64,000 nt of DNA from a virus, in IMG/VR virus record IMGVR_UViG_3300008116_000011, positions 32,001 through 96,000 of that record; one strand, 5' to 3'. The position numbers were made by a program, and so were the translations under genes. Positions within the stretch are counted from its first letter, which is position 1, and each line of letters starts with the position of its first letter. The notes beneath the pieces are model-generated. The model had not been told where the DNA came from. It did not search any database and saw nothing but the letters and a program-made list of their open reading frames with translations. Positions 21,320 through 29,885 of the stretch are shown in pieces.

Positions 21320-21596
21320 AATCTGATATTTTAAGTCCACAATATAAATCAAGCCAAGCCATTTCACGTGAAGCTATTTTCGAATAGTGACGTTTTTTCT
21401 TTTTAATATGTTCAACACCCCAATCTCTCCATTCTTTATTTTGGGCTTCAGTCATTGTATACTGTGTAAACCATTCATCAGTTCTACCTTCTACATCTTC
21501 AAACTTAAGATCGTGGCCTGCAATCTCAAACATCTTATCAATAAGTTCTTTAAGAAACATTCTCTCTTTATTTGCTTTTTGTTCTGCTCGTGTCAT
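21291..21596 (-). CDS. Hypothetical protein
   Basis: ORF track. Confidence 0.65.
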   Translation of the reverse strand: MTRAEQKANKERMFLKELIDKMFEIAGHDLKFEDVEGRTDEWFTQYTMTEAQNKEWRDWGVEHIKKKKRHYSKIASREMAWLDLYCGLKISDYDSSTIDKT

Positions 21597-21601
21597 AACA
21601 T

Positions 21602-22339
21602 TTATTTTACTGAGTTAACGGTAATTTTATTATCTTGAATAACCAAATAGTTTCCTGATATTTCCATAGTGTCTATAAAATAATACCTACCGCCAGTGAA
21701 TTTATCACTGCCTTCTAAGTCAATTCTTCTCATTGCAGTGTGACCTACAATTTGAATATAATCTTTCTTTAATCCTTTAGGGTGCTTCTTATTTGCAGAC
21801 ATTAATGATCTAGGTCTAATCCAAATAGGTGTTTGAGTTGTATTATCACCACTAGATTCAAAACCATTAAAATCAAATGCTTTAGGTTTATATCTAAACA
21901 TTTCATTTAGGTCAACTACAACATTTTCTATACTCCAATCATTCTCACCAAACACTTCATCCATAAATATAGGACTTACACCTGCGTGTGTACACAAGAA
22001 GTTATCAAAACCATAAGCTATTTGTAAATGATTTCTATTCTCATCTATTACTTGATTAATTGATGGAGCAATTTTTGACTGGTAACCACTAGTTCCAGTG
22101 TAACCAACTTCAGGAAAGTAGTGATGATCGTGATTACCAATCAACATAACTACCTCAACTTGTGGATTATTTTCCTTATATTGAATAATTTCTTTAAAGT
22201 TAGCAATTTGTTCTACACCACTAAAGTCAAATGAATCAAAGTAATCGCCTATGAAGATAACTCTATCCGGTTTATCTTGATGTACTGCTAATTTCCAAAG
22301 TGAACGTCCGTGGGTATCACCCAATACAATTGTTTTCAT
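21602..22339 (-). CDS. Calcineurin-like metallophosphoesterase
   Basis: GDTHG, GDYFD, GNHD, THAG and GHT motifs; promoter at 22344-22375. Confidence 0.9.
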   Translation of the reverse strand: MKTIVLGDTHGRSLWKLAVHQDKPDRVIFIGDYFDSFDFSGVEQIANFKEIIQYKENNPQVEVVMLIGNHDHHYFPEVGYTGTSGYQSKIAPSINQVIDENRNHLQIAYGFDNFLCTHAGVSPIFMDEVFGENDWSIENVVVDLNEMFRYKPKAFDFNGFESSGDNTTQTPIWIRPRSLMSANKKHPKGLKKDYIQIVGHTAMRRIDLEGSDKFTGGRYYFIDTMEISGNYLVIQDNKITVNSVK

Positions 22340-22814
22340 AACCTAAATTTAAGTTACTAATTTGGATTCACCAAATTTTCCACCATGGTTTTTTAGACTC
22401 TATTTTAGGTCTATTAAAGCTAATATTACGATTGAATGCAGAAGATACTATACGAAACACCTTACTATGGTCCTCAACTTTGACATCATTAACATTCACT
22501 TGATATTGGATTGGGATAACCATATCATCTATCTCAAGTGAACCATCAATTACAATATATTCCTTATTGAAATGTCTAGTGTATCGAATCATAGCATAAA
22601 TAAATATACTACGACTTGTATCTTTCATATTCTAATTTACCCACCTCTTGGTAAGCATCATAGATGTTATCTATAGCAGTGTGTAAGAGATTTCTAATTT
22701 CTCTTTCTTGTCTACCAAGTGGGTGTTTAATACAGTGGTCTTCAATGGTACACATCACAACGTGTAAACGATCCATTAGTTCTAAATAATGACCTTGATT
22801 AATTTTATTTTCCA

Positions 22815-23459
22815 TTATGATAATATTTCATGATGGTCTGAAAGGATAACGCTTGTTTTAATGGGTCTACTTTCAAGTAATGATATTATTTCTTTCATTT
22901 CATATGGTCTTAAATTATTTCCATCCATACCAACATCCATTGCTTTACCAGGCATTATTTTCCTATATCCAGGTAAATGAACATGGCCAAACACATGAAA
23001 ACGACCTTTATTCATATCATGCCAACTTACAATTGGGAAATGAGATAATACAAACCCATATTCTAAATCATCACTATCTTCATCTACTACATTTAACAAT
23101 TCATAATGTGATGTTTTAACAAATATATCTTGAATATTATTTTTATTTCGTTCAATATGATGATCATGATTACCTAATATTAAATAAACATTTTTACATA
23201 CTATTCTATTTCTAAAATCCCCAATAGACTCAAACCCACTAAAAGCCCAATCACCTAAATGAACTAATATATCATCTTGTCCTACCATTGTATTAATATT
23301 ATTTACAATAGTATCATTCATTTTTTCTAATGATGGAAAGTCTCTAGTTACACTTTCAGGACCCCAGTTTGAAGTACTACGACATATATTTCTGTGATTG
23401 TAATGGGTATCTGAGGTGAAGAATAATTTTTGTCCTGGGGTTAGATTAATGTTCCACAT
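22815..23459 (-). CDS. Calcineurin-like metallophosphoesterase
   Basis: SDTH, HLGD, GNHD, SHFP, GHVH, DVGMD. Confidence 0.9.
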   Translation of the reverse strand: MWNINLTPGQKLFFTSDTHYNHRNICRSTSNWGPESVTRDFPSLEKMNDTIVNNINTMVGQDDILVHLGDWAFSGFESIGDFRNRIVCKNVYLILGNHDHHIERNKNNIQDIFVKTSHYELLNVVDEDSDDLEYGFVLSHFPIVSWHDMNKGRFHVFGHVHLPGYRKIMPGKAMDVGMDGNNLRPYEMKEIISLLESRPIKTSVILSDHHEILS

Positions 23460-23822
23460 TGTTTATTTTTTGAAGATCTTTGCATTTATTTAATTCTATT
23501 TCTTTTATAAATAGTTCACCTTTAATACTGTCTACTCTATATTCTAAAGTATCAGTCTCAAAAGCATTTAAATTTAATTCATCTTTAAGCATTGAATTAC
23601 TAATATACAATTGAGTAGCAATAAATGATAAGGTAAATATAATTCCTAAAGCTAGAATTCTTGAAAGATTTGTCATTGTATTTTATTTTTTATTTTTCTT
23701 TTCAGGTGTATTGAAAGGTCCAATTTCATAATCATCAATCTCTTTATCCCAACATTTAATCCCACCAATCCATAACCAAACTAATGAACCTAGTAATATT
23801 GCTGTTATAATAACTATAATAA

Positions 23823-24317
23823 TTAATCCCACCATCTTTGAATATTTTCTTCTAAGATTTTAAATAATAATTTATGTGCTCGTTTTTCATTTTCACGACC
23901 TATATAAAATGCTGTTCTATGGTTATCTTCAGTTTTAACCTGATTGTAGATGCGAGGGTATTTATTGAAATAGTCATCATAACGCTCCCATAGTGTTTCT
24001 GTCTCCATCTCATACATACCAGGGCGTAATTTACTCTCAATAAACTTTATATTTACTTTCTCGTAGTTTTGGTATTCACATCCATAATATTCATCTTGTA
24101 CTCTTTCAATTAAACGAACACATAACATCATTATTTCAGCGTCGCGTTCAGCTGATAGATGGTTACCTCTTTTTCCAATATATTCAGCTTGGTTTTTAAG
24201 CTTAAATTTAAGTATTTCGAAAATAAAATGGTGATCCCAATCCTGATCTTTCCATATAATTGGAAACCAACGATATAAATTATAAATGCGTCTAAAGAAT
24301 TGTTTTATTATGTACAT
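23823..24317 (-). CDS. Conserved hypothetical phage protein
   Basis: WFPIIWKDQDWD...ILKFKL...RWWD. Confidence 0.7.
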   Translation of the reverse strand: MYIIKQFFRRIYNLYRWFPIIWKDQDWDHHFIFEILKFKLKNQAEYIGKRGNHLSAERDAEIMMLCVRLIERVQDEYYGCEYQNYEKVNIKFIESKLRPGMYEMETETLWERYDDYFNKYPRIYNQVKTEDNHRTAFYIGRENEKRAHKLLFKILEENIQRWWD

Positions 24318-25281
24318 AACCTTTACTAAATGGATCTAAGAATAAGTAATGGAGTGGTTTTACTCCTTCAGGGTTGTCTTTTATGGTTTCCCATATAGGG
24401 AGTTCTTCATGGTAAAAAGTAGTAAACGTCCAGTCTTTAAACCATTCAGGGTATTTAACATGAATATACCCCATTAATTCTTGTTCTGTGCATATATAAT
24501 TTTGCTCAGGTAAACTTAATACACGTTCAGCTAACTCAGTAAAAGCATTAATATATTGTTTAAGATATGGAGTATTACCACCAAACATTGCTCCTACAGG
24601 AAATTTGTTTGATGATATAACTTGCTCACTAAATGATTCCTGGATTTGGGTTTCTAGTAATCTATAGTCATTATCCATTACATTTTGTCTACAAATACAT
24701 AATATTTTATCTTCTACATATTCATTTATTTTATTTAAAGCCTCAGGAGTAAGTATTTTAGCAAATATAAACTCTTTAAAAGCATGTTCATGGTGGTGTT
24801 CCCTATCATGATACTTAATATAAAATCCAGGTTCGGTAGAATATAAATTATATTTGTAAGGAAATATAGCTCCGGTTGATAATCCAGAGTCAATCCAATA
24901 TAAATAAATTCCATCTTCATATTCCATATTTAGGAAATGCCATTTTAACCAATATATAGCCATTGGCAGTGTATAAAATGGATGAAATTCATTATTATAC
25001 AATTCAGGATTATTCATCCTAATATTGTATATTCTATCGTGAAATGGACTATCTTTTAAATTATATTTTTTAACTGTTAGATTTGTTAGGTTATGTTTTT
25101 CTTTTAATCTTAAAAGGTAGTTGTATCCATCCTGTTCGTCATCAGTATAACAAACTATGTCTGCTCCTAAACCACAGATTGAAATTAGAGAGTAAGAATA
25201 CCACTCATATCTACTTCGCTTCCCCCAAAATGGAGGATCATAATGAGCAGCATAAAACGTAGTAACTAATTTAGTAACCAT
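24292..25281 (-). CDS. HtrL/YibB (WlaTC)-like glycosyltransferase
   Basis: LVTTFY...YWIDSGL...GAMFGG...TEQELM; matches the middle domain of 51804-54218. Confidence 0.65.
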   Translation of the reverse strand: MVTKLVTTFYAAHYDPPFWGKRSRYEWYSYSLISICGLGADIVCYTDDEQDGYNYLLRLKEKHNLTNLTVKKYNLKDSPFHDRIYNIRMNNPELYNNEFHPFYTLPMAIYWLKWHFLNMEYEDGIYLYWIDSGLSTGAIFPYKYNLYSTEPGFYIKYHDREHHHEHAFKEFIFAKILTPEALNKINEYVEDKILCICRQNVMDNDYRLLETQIQESFSEQVISSNKFPVGAMFGGNTPYLKQYINAFTELAERVLSLPEQNYICTEQELMGYIHVKYPEWFKDWTFTTFYHEELPIWETIKDNPEGVKPLHYLFLDPFSKGYVHNKTIL

Positions 25282-25306
25282 ATATTTTTTAATAAATATC
25301 TTTAGC

Positions 25307-25460
25307 TGTCAGGGAAGGATTCGAACCTTCACGCAGCGATTCAATAAGCAACAAATTAAGCCGGCTTTGTGGTCAACCCCTATTACTTATCTATTTCGAT
25401 ATCTGCGCCCACGAGACGAGTGGGTGTGTCTGCCGTGTAGCTACCCTTTCACCACCTGAC
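25307..25460 (-). ncRNA. Giant tRNA-like RNA (154 nt)
   Basis: 6 bp acceptor GTCAGG/CCTGAC + A; T arm GAAGG-TTCGAAT-CCTTC; anticodon arm CCCAC-TCGTCTC-GTGGG; enlarged D loop; ~75 nt variable arm closed by CGCAG/CTGCG. Confidence 0.8.
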
Positions 25461-25463
25461 AAT

Positions 25464-25664
25464 TTACTGTTTCCTTTCTTTATACAATCTAATCCATGTC
25501 ATAGAAACATCCACAGCCATTAATACTGGGGCCATAACTAGTATAGCTAATGTTTCTAATCCTGGCGATGCATAAAGTGGATCTTCATTTCTTTTAGAGT
25601 AACTTGTATACATTTTGTACACACAGTAAATAACCGAAATAATATAAATTAATGTTAATATCAT
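25464..25664 (-). CDS. Small membrane protein
   Basis: Two hydrophobic helices; promoter at 25669-25700. Confidence 0.6.
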   Translation of the reverse strand: MILTLIYIISVIYCVYKMYTSYSKRNEDPLYASPGLETLAILVMAPVLMAVDVSMTWIRLYKERKQ

Positions 25665-25680
25665 ATGTTAAATATACGTT

Positions 25681-25713
25681 AAAAAAATAGGGTAACCAAA
25701 AATGGTTACCCTA
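25681..25713 (-). terminator. Intrinsic terminator overlapping the next promoter
   Basis: TAGGGTAACC-ATTTTT-GGTTACCCTA-TTTTTTT; its loop and 3' arm supply TTTGG of promoter 25669-25700. Confidence 0.75.
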
Positions 25714-25719
25714 AAAAAT

Positions 25720-26056
25720 TGATGGGAATAACGATTACCCACAATCCCTGGACGGACCCCTTTTCACCTATAGTCCACAAAGATGATCAGTCTAAGTGTT
25801 AAGACTAGCTGGATTGTCTACCAGCAACGCCTGCGGAGATCGTCTTGATTTATCTTCGGCGTATCCAGAGCACTGTTGGGTTGCGCATTCTACCCTTAGT
25901 GATGGTGGTTTTAACTCATCCGTCTGTGATACCCAACTCAACGGTTTTTCAACCGTCTCGCCAGTGCCTTAGTCCCTCTCAAGAACTTATTCAGCCACAG
26001 TTTGTAAATGACTTAGCCTGGGACAGTGAACCAGGAGAACTGTGCTAAGTACTTGT
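25720..26056 (-). ncRNA. Large ornate structured RNA of unknown class (~335 nt)
   Basis: GC-richer ORF-free unit between ATATTTAT (26061-26068) and a terminator; at least 10 helices and a 5' pseudoknot by eye. Confidence 0.75.
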
Positions 26057-26153
26057 GTATATAAATATATCAAAGATCTAGAAAACCGCTAATTTATTTA
26101 TTTTTTTTTAATATTTATACTCGATCTATTATTATTAACTAAAACAATTTATT

Positions 26154-26321
26154 ATGAAAGATCAATTATTAGGACTTATCAGACATGCTTTAACCTTTGT
26201 TGGTGGTATTGTTGTTACTAAAGGTTTAATTGATGAAAGTTTGTCTCAAGAAGTAATCGGTGGTATTATGACGTTGGTTGGTGCTGTTTGGTCCATCGTT
26301 TCTAAAAAGAAAGTTGCTTAA
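26154..26321 (+). CDS. 55 aa two-helix membrane protein, putative holin (missing from ORF track)
   Basis: MKDQLLGLIRHALTFVGGIVVTKGLIDESLSQEVIGGIMTLVGAVWSIVSKKKVA*; ATATTTAT at 26111-26118. Confidence 0.7.
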   Translation: MKDQLLGLIRHALTFVGGIVVTKGLIDESLSQEVIGGIMTLVGAVWSIVSKKKVA

Positions 26322-26339
26322 TATTATTTAACAATTTTA

Positions 26340-26374
26340 AAAGAGGGGTTGATTAATATCAATCCCTTTTTTTA
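26340..26374. terminator. Probable bidirectional terminator
   Basis: AGGGGTTGAT-TAAT-ATCAATCCCT with a T-run, between the convergent holin-like gene and tRNA-Leu. Confidence 0.75.
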
Positions 26375-26376
26375 TG

Positions 26377-26463
26377 TGCCTCCAGCGGGAATCGAACCCG
26401 CACGAACTTTTTCGGTTCACAGGATTTTAAGTCCTGCGTGTCTACCAATTCCACCACAAAGGC
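26377..26463 (-). tRNA. tRNA-Leu(UAA)
   Basis: GCCTTTG...CAGGA-CTTAAAA-TCCTG, long variable arm, GGTTCGATTCC; CCA not encoded. Confidence 0.95.
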
Positions 26464-26473
26464 AAATATTGTG

Positions 26474-26547
26474 AGCCACCTGTAGGAATCGAACCCACAA
26501 CCCTCTGAGTACAAATCAGATGCTCTACCAAATTGAGCTAAGGTGGC
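26474..26547 (-). tRNA. tRNA-Thr(UGU)
   Basis: GCCACCT/AGGTGGC acceptor; TCTGA-TTTGTAC-TCAGA anticodon arm; CCA not encoded. Confidence 0.92.
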
Positions 26548-26550
26548 TTA

Positions 26551-26642
26551 TTAGGTAAGTAGAAGATGGGTGCGTGGACATCTACTTTTACGATTGGCAT
26601 TTCTTTACGCTCTTGCGTTCCGTCATATCCCAATCAACCTAA
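26551..26642 (-). ncRNA. Candidate 92 nt three-way-junction RNA
   Basis: TTAGGT/ACCTAA closing stem; GATTGG/CCAATC and AAGTAGA/TCTACTT arms; ends 3 nt before tRNA-Thr. Confidence 0.55.
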
Positions 26643-26649
26643 TTTTAAT

Positions 26650-26889
26650 TTACTTAATTACTTCTCTTTTGGTAGGATTTCCTAGTTCTCCATCTTTTGC
26701 TGGGAAAACTTCTTCTACAGGTGAACCTCCACCTTGAATAACTCCTACTGAAGAATCAGCAACTGCTACTGAGTCAGCAACTACTGTAGAATCTACTACT
26801 AATGAATCTACTGGTTGAGATTCACTTGATGAGCCGTTGCAGCTAGTAAGTGCAACTAATGTGGCCAAAGCCATAACTGTTTTTTTCAT
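26650..26889 (-). CDS. Small lipoprotein
   Basis: Lipobox LTSC after a hydrophobic helix; VDS/ADS repeats. Confidence 0.75.
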   Translation of the reverse strand: MKKTVMALATLVALTSCNGSSSESQPVDSLVVDSTVVADSVAVADSSVGVIQGGGSPVEEVFPAKDGELGNPTKREVIK

Positions 26890-26900
26890 ATTTCTATTTT

Positions 26901-27302
26901 TTATTTTACTCTGTAAACTGGTACTTTAAGTCCAACAAATCTTAATCGATCATTGAAAGAACTTGTAAATGCTAATCTAACTTGGTGAGATAATTTAAAA
27001 TCTAAACCAAACATCGGTTCAAAAGTGTGATTTTGAATGTATGCTCCACTTAACTGGATTCCTAATTTTTCTTTCCAGAAGGAATGTCTGAATCCGACAG
27101 TAGAAACATCATACCCAGCAAGAACTTTAGAATAGGTTCCAACTGCATGTAAATTTTTGGTTAAGTGGCCGCTAACTTCTACTTGGGAAAAACCATAATT
27201 TTTACCTCTGTAGGTTACATTTCCTCCTTGAACAGATACTACTTGTGCTTTGATTGCTGCTGTGCTTAACATCAGAACAACCATTAAAAATAGTTTTTTC
27301 AT
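26901..27302 (-). CDS. Exported beta-strand protein, possible small outer-membrane beta-barrel
   Basis: Signal peptide ending KAQ; alternating amphipathic strands. Confidence 0.55.
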   Translation of the reverse strand: MKKLFLMVVLMLSTAAIKAQVVSVQGGNVTYRGKNYGFSQVEVSGHLTKNLHAVGTYSKVLAGYDVSTVGFRHSFWKEKLGIQLSGAYIQNHTFEPMFGLDFKLSHQVRLAFTSSFNDRLRFVGLKVPVYRVK

Positions 27303-27339
27303 TTTGTTTTTTGTTTTTTAATTAATAAATATAAATCAG

Positions 27340-27726
27340 TGGAGATAGTGGGATTCGAACCCACGTCTCCGAAAGAGACAATAATACTAACGTCTCACAT
27401 GCTTAGTACTGCTTGCGCTGCACCGTAAGGGCTGACCTGGTTAGGGTCAAATTCCACCACTTGATTTTATGACTATCAAGAAAACTAACTCACAGTCCTT
27501 ATTTAACGAGTCGATCGTGAATACTCGGTGGTATTCTGTTCCTAGGTTACTCACACCCGATGCGGACTAAGCAAATGTTGCTTCGTCGGCGCCTACGAAC
27601 GCCATAAGGTCGTCGAAGGTCATGGTTGACATTTCGTCATTTATTGTTTAGTATCTTCTAAGGCAGTATACTCAAATGCCTGCATGTAGTATTACCTCTG
27701 CATCCGGATCAATACCGGTTATCCCC
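27340..27726 (-). ncRNA. ssrA: tmRNA
   Basis: GGGGATA/TATCTCC+A acceptor with G3:U; T arm GTGGG-TTCGAAT-CCCAC; tag frame 27638-27567 after ATAAAT encodes DEMSTMTFDDLMAFVGADEATFA*. Confidence 0.92.
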
Positions 27727-27728
27727 AT

Positions 27729-27777
27729 ATGTTAAAGAACTAGTATAAATATACAATACTATGTTTAGGTCTCCAAA
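27729..27777 (-). promoter_or_regulatory. Promoter plus boxA-like element upstream of tmRNA
   Basis: TTTGGAGACC...GTATATTTA (27746-27777) then AGTTCTTTAACAT. Confidence 0.65.
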
Positions 27778-27778
27778 C

Positions 27779-28183
27779 TTAAAGTTTCTTAATAGTATTA
27801 ATCAAATCATCTACTGCATTTTTCTTTTTTTTGCGAGATGATTTTTTAGGAAGTCCTTTTATTATTTTTTCCTTGGCCTTCATTATTTCAGCACATAACT
27901 CATATTCTTCATTTTCAACTAAAATATCCATATTTGCTTCTAATGTTTCAAGAAAACTACTTTCATCAACATTTAAGCAAACTATTTCTTTAGAATTAGG
28001 AATTATAATTTCAGCAAATGTTGTTTTTGATTTGCCAAATTTAATACAATGTAATATAGCCTCAACTATCTTTTTAGATATTTCATCCCTATGAGTATCA
28101 AATACAGATTTGGGATCATTTGTTCTTATAGACAAAGGCTCAAATATTATTATATTTGCTTTAGGATTTACCATCAGTATCAA
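27779..28183 (-). CDS. Protein with UvrB/UvrC (UVR)-like motif
   Basis: LVENEEYELCAEI; similar to 29794-30192. Confidence 0.5.
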   Translation of the reverse strand: MILMVNPKANIIIFEPLSIRTNDPKSVFDTHRDEISKKIVEAILHCIKFGKSKTTFAEIIIPNSKEIVCLNVDESSFLETLEANMDILVENEEYELCAEIMKAKEKIIKGLPKKSSRKKKKNAVDDLINTIKKL

Positions 28184-28367
28184 TTTTCTTTACCTTTGAT
28201 TCAGGTACAGGGATAGGCTTTGGCGGTGGTGGAGCTATACTAGCCTCATAGCTAGTTATACATTGATCACAGCATAATTTTCCATCAGATGCTGTTCTTC
28301 TTTGACATCCACAAGATAGTTGGGTATTACAATTGTTACAAAGTTTCATATTATTACTATTTACCAA
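28161..28367 (-). CDS. Small Cys-rich metal-binding protein
   Basis: CNNC...CGC...CCDQC. Confidence 0.6.
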   Translation of the reverse strand: MVNSNNMKLCNNCNTQLSCGCQRRTASDGKLCCDQCITSYEASIAPPPPKPIPVPESKVKKIDTDGKS

Positions 28368-28601
28368 TAAATATTATTAATATATACTTTTTCCTTTTAT
28401 TGTTTATTGTAATCGTTTTGTTTTTTCTTTAATTCTAGCCATTCCATTTGTAATGCTAGTGAAGCACCCATTTGATGTAAATCAGGTAAAGTTAATTCAC
28501 TTAGTGGTGGCATTTTTTTCTTTTTAAAGAATGATTTGTCTACTTTCCTATCTGCTTTACTTTGTGCTTCGTCTTTTGTTTGAATAGCCATTATATTAAT
28601 T

Positions 28602-28811
28602 TTAAACAATTACATCTACAATAGGTGAAGTAATAGCGGCTTTAATTTCAAAATTACGCTCACTTCTTTCTACTAAATACTTAGTCATTTTAGCTTCTGC
28701 TTCTGTAACCGATACAGCATCAATAAGGTAATCTACTTTTTGTCTTTTAATTTTACCTTTTTCGTCTTCAAGTTGAAATTCAACTTTAACTGTGTAATAC
28801 TTGTTTTCCAT
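28602..28811 (-). CDS. DUF4494-like protein
   Basis: YYTVKV...GKIKRQKVDYLIDAVSVTEAEAK. Confidence 0.7.
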   Translation of the reverse strand: MENKYYTVKVEFQLEDEKGKIKRQKVDYLIDAVSVTEAEAKMTKYLVERSERNFEIKAAITSPIVDVIV

Positions 28812-28836
28812 AATCTATTTTTTGTGTTTATAAATA

Positions 28837-29481
28837 TTATTTTTGATATGCTATAAATTCAGATCCCGGTTCATCATCATCGTCATCTTCATCCCACAAA
28901 CCTAATGATTTCATGTTTTCAATTTGCTCAGGTGATAAATCCCACTCATGTGGTACGGCTTTAACTTCAGTGTTATCTTCAATATGTCTAATTTGGTCCT
29001 GAGTTAGTGGGTCAGCAACATATAGGAAATAGCAATTGTAGCAGTATAATTCTAAATTGTCAATTAGATAGTTACATTTATTATTATCTTTAAAATGTAA
29101 TAACAATGGTGTTTTATAATCTGTTATTCGACGCTCATTAAATCCACAATGATAACATTCATCTTTTAAATACGCCTCAGCTATTAATCGTGACTTAATT
29201 TTTTCAGGTGTAAATGATTCCCAACCTGTACCGGTTTCAACAATTTGTTTTACATTTGGATCTTTACGTTTATTAGGTAAGAATTTAGGAATACCTTTAC
29301 CTGATTGATTTTTATGTAGTTCAAATAATGTTGGGCCGTCATCTTCTAGTTTATACAATTTAGCCCAAGGTTTATAGTGTTGGTATGATACTCCTAAATA
29401 GCGAGCAGCAGCACGATTTGATTTTGTAAATCGCATTGCACGCAATATATCTTCTTTACTTAGTGGTTTTGGAGCAGGCAT
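28837..29481 (-). CDS. HNH-type nuclease-like protein with N-terminal HTH
   Basis: SNRAAARYLGVSY HTH; CYHC...LLHFKDNN..NYLIDNL...CYNC. Confidence 0.7.
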   Translation of the reverse strand: MPAPKPLSKEDILRAMRFTKSNRAAARYLGVSYQHYKPWAKLYKLEDDGPTLFELHKNQSGKGIPKFLPNKRKDPNVKQIVETGTGWESFTPEKIKSRLIAEAYLKDECYHCGFNERRITDYKTPLLLHFKDNNKCNYLIDNLELYCYNCYFLYVADPLTQDQIRHIEDNTEVKAVPHEWDLSPEQIENMKSLGLWDEDDDDDEPGSEFIAYQK

Positions 29482-29885
29482 TACTTTTTAATAAATTGTT
29501 TTACTAATTCCCATAAATCTTCAATTCGCTCTAAAGGAATAATATTATCTTCACTATCGTAAAGAGGATTAATTGTTCCGTCTGGATTGGTTCTCTCATA
29601 GAGATAGAACATAATTAATTCTCCTGCATCTTTTCCAAATTGCATAAATATTAAGCTATCAATAATTTGAAAAAAAGGTTCATCATAATTACTTAAATCA
29701 ACAGCATAATCAACATGGAGCATAGAGCTCCTATTTATGATATGTTCTAATAAAGGAATAGTATTTAAAAAAAGCTCTCGTTGATTATCCTCATTAGTCT
29801 TTTTTCGACGTTTTAGTGTACTTTGAGCCCCTATTATTTGGTTTATCTGTTCTTGAAGCTTTTCTATATAATCTTTTTGTTCCAT
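29481..29885 (-). CDS. Hypothetical protein
   Basis: ORF track. Confidence 0.65.
   Translation of the reverse strand: MEQKDYIEKLQEQINQIIGAQSTLKRRKKTNEDNQRELFLNTIPLLEHIINRSSMLHVDYAVDLSNYDEPFFQIIDSLIFMQFGKDAGELIMFYLYERTNPDGTINPLYDSEDNIIPLERIEDLWELVKQFIKK

Noticed and set aside
25307-25460. Ordinary tRNA-Asp(GUC) or group I intron-containing tRNA
   Set aside because: Non-canonical acceptor and anticodon loop; the insert is in the variable arm and far too short for a group I intron
25996-26050. HDV-like (theta) ribozyme at the 5' end of the ornate RNA
   Set aside because: Nested pseudoknot order is similar, but the inner stem is 5 bp with a 9 nt loop, P1.1/P4 and the catalytic J4/2 pattern are not evident, and it does not follow a tRNA 3' end
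25720-26056. RNase P RNA, or the 67 aa plus-strand ORF 25845-26048
   Set aside because: No GGAAAGUCC or matching P4 3' strand; the ORF has a TTG start, atypical composition and is antisense to the structured unit
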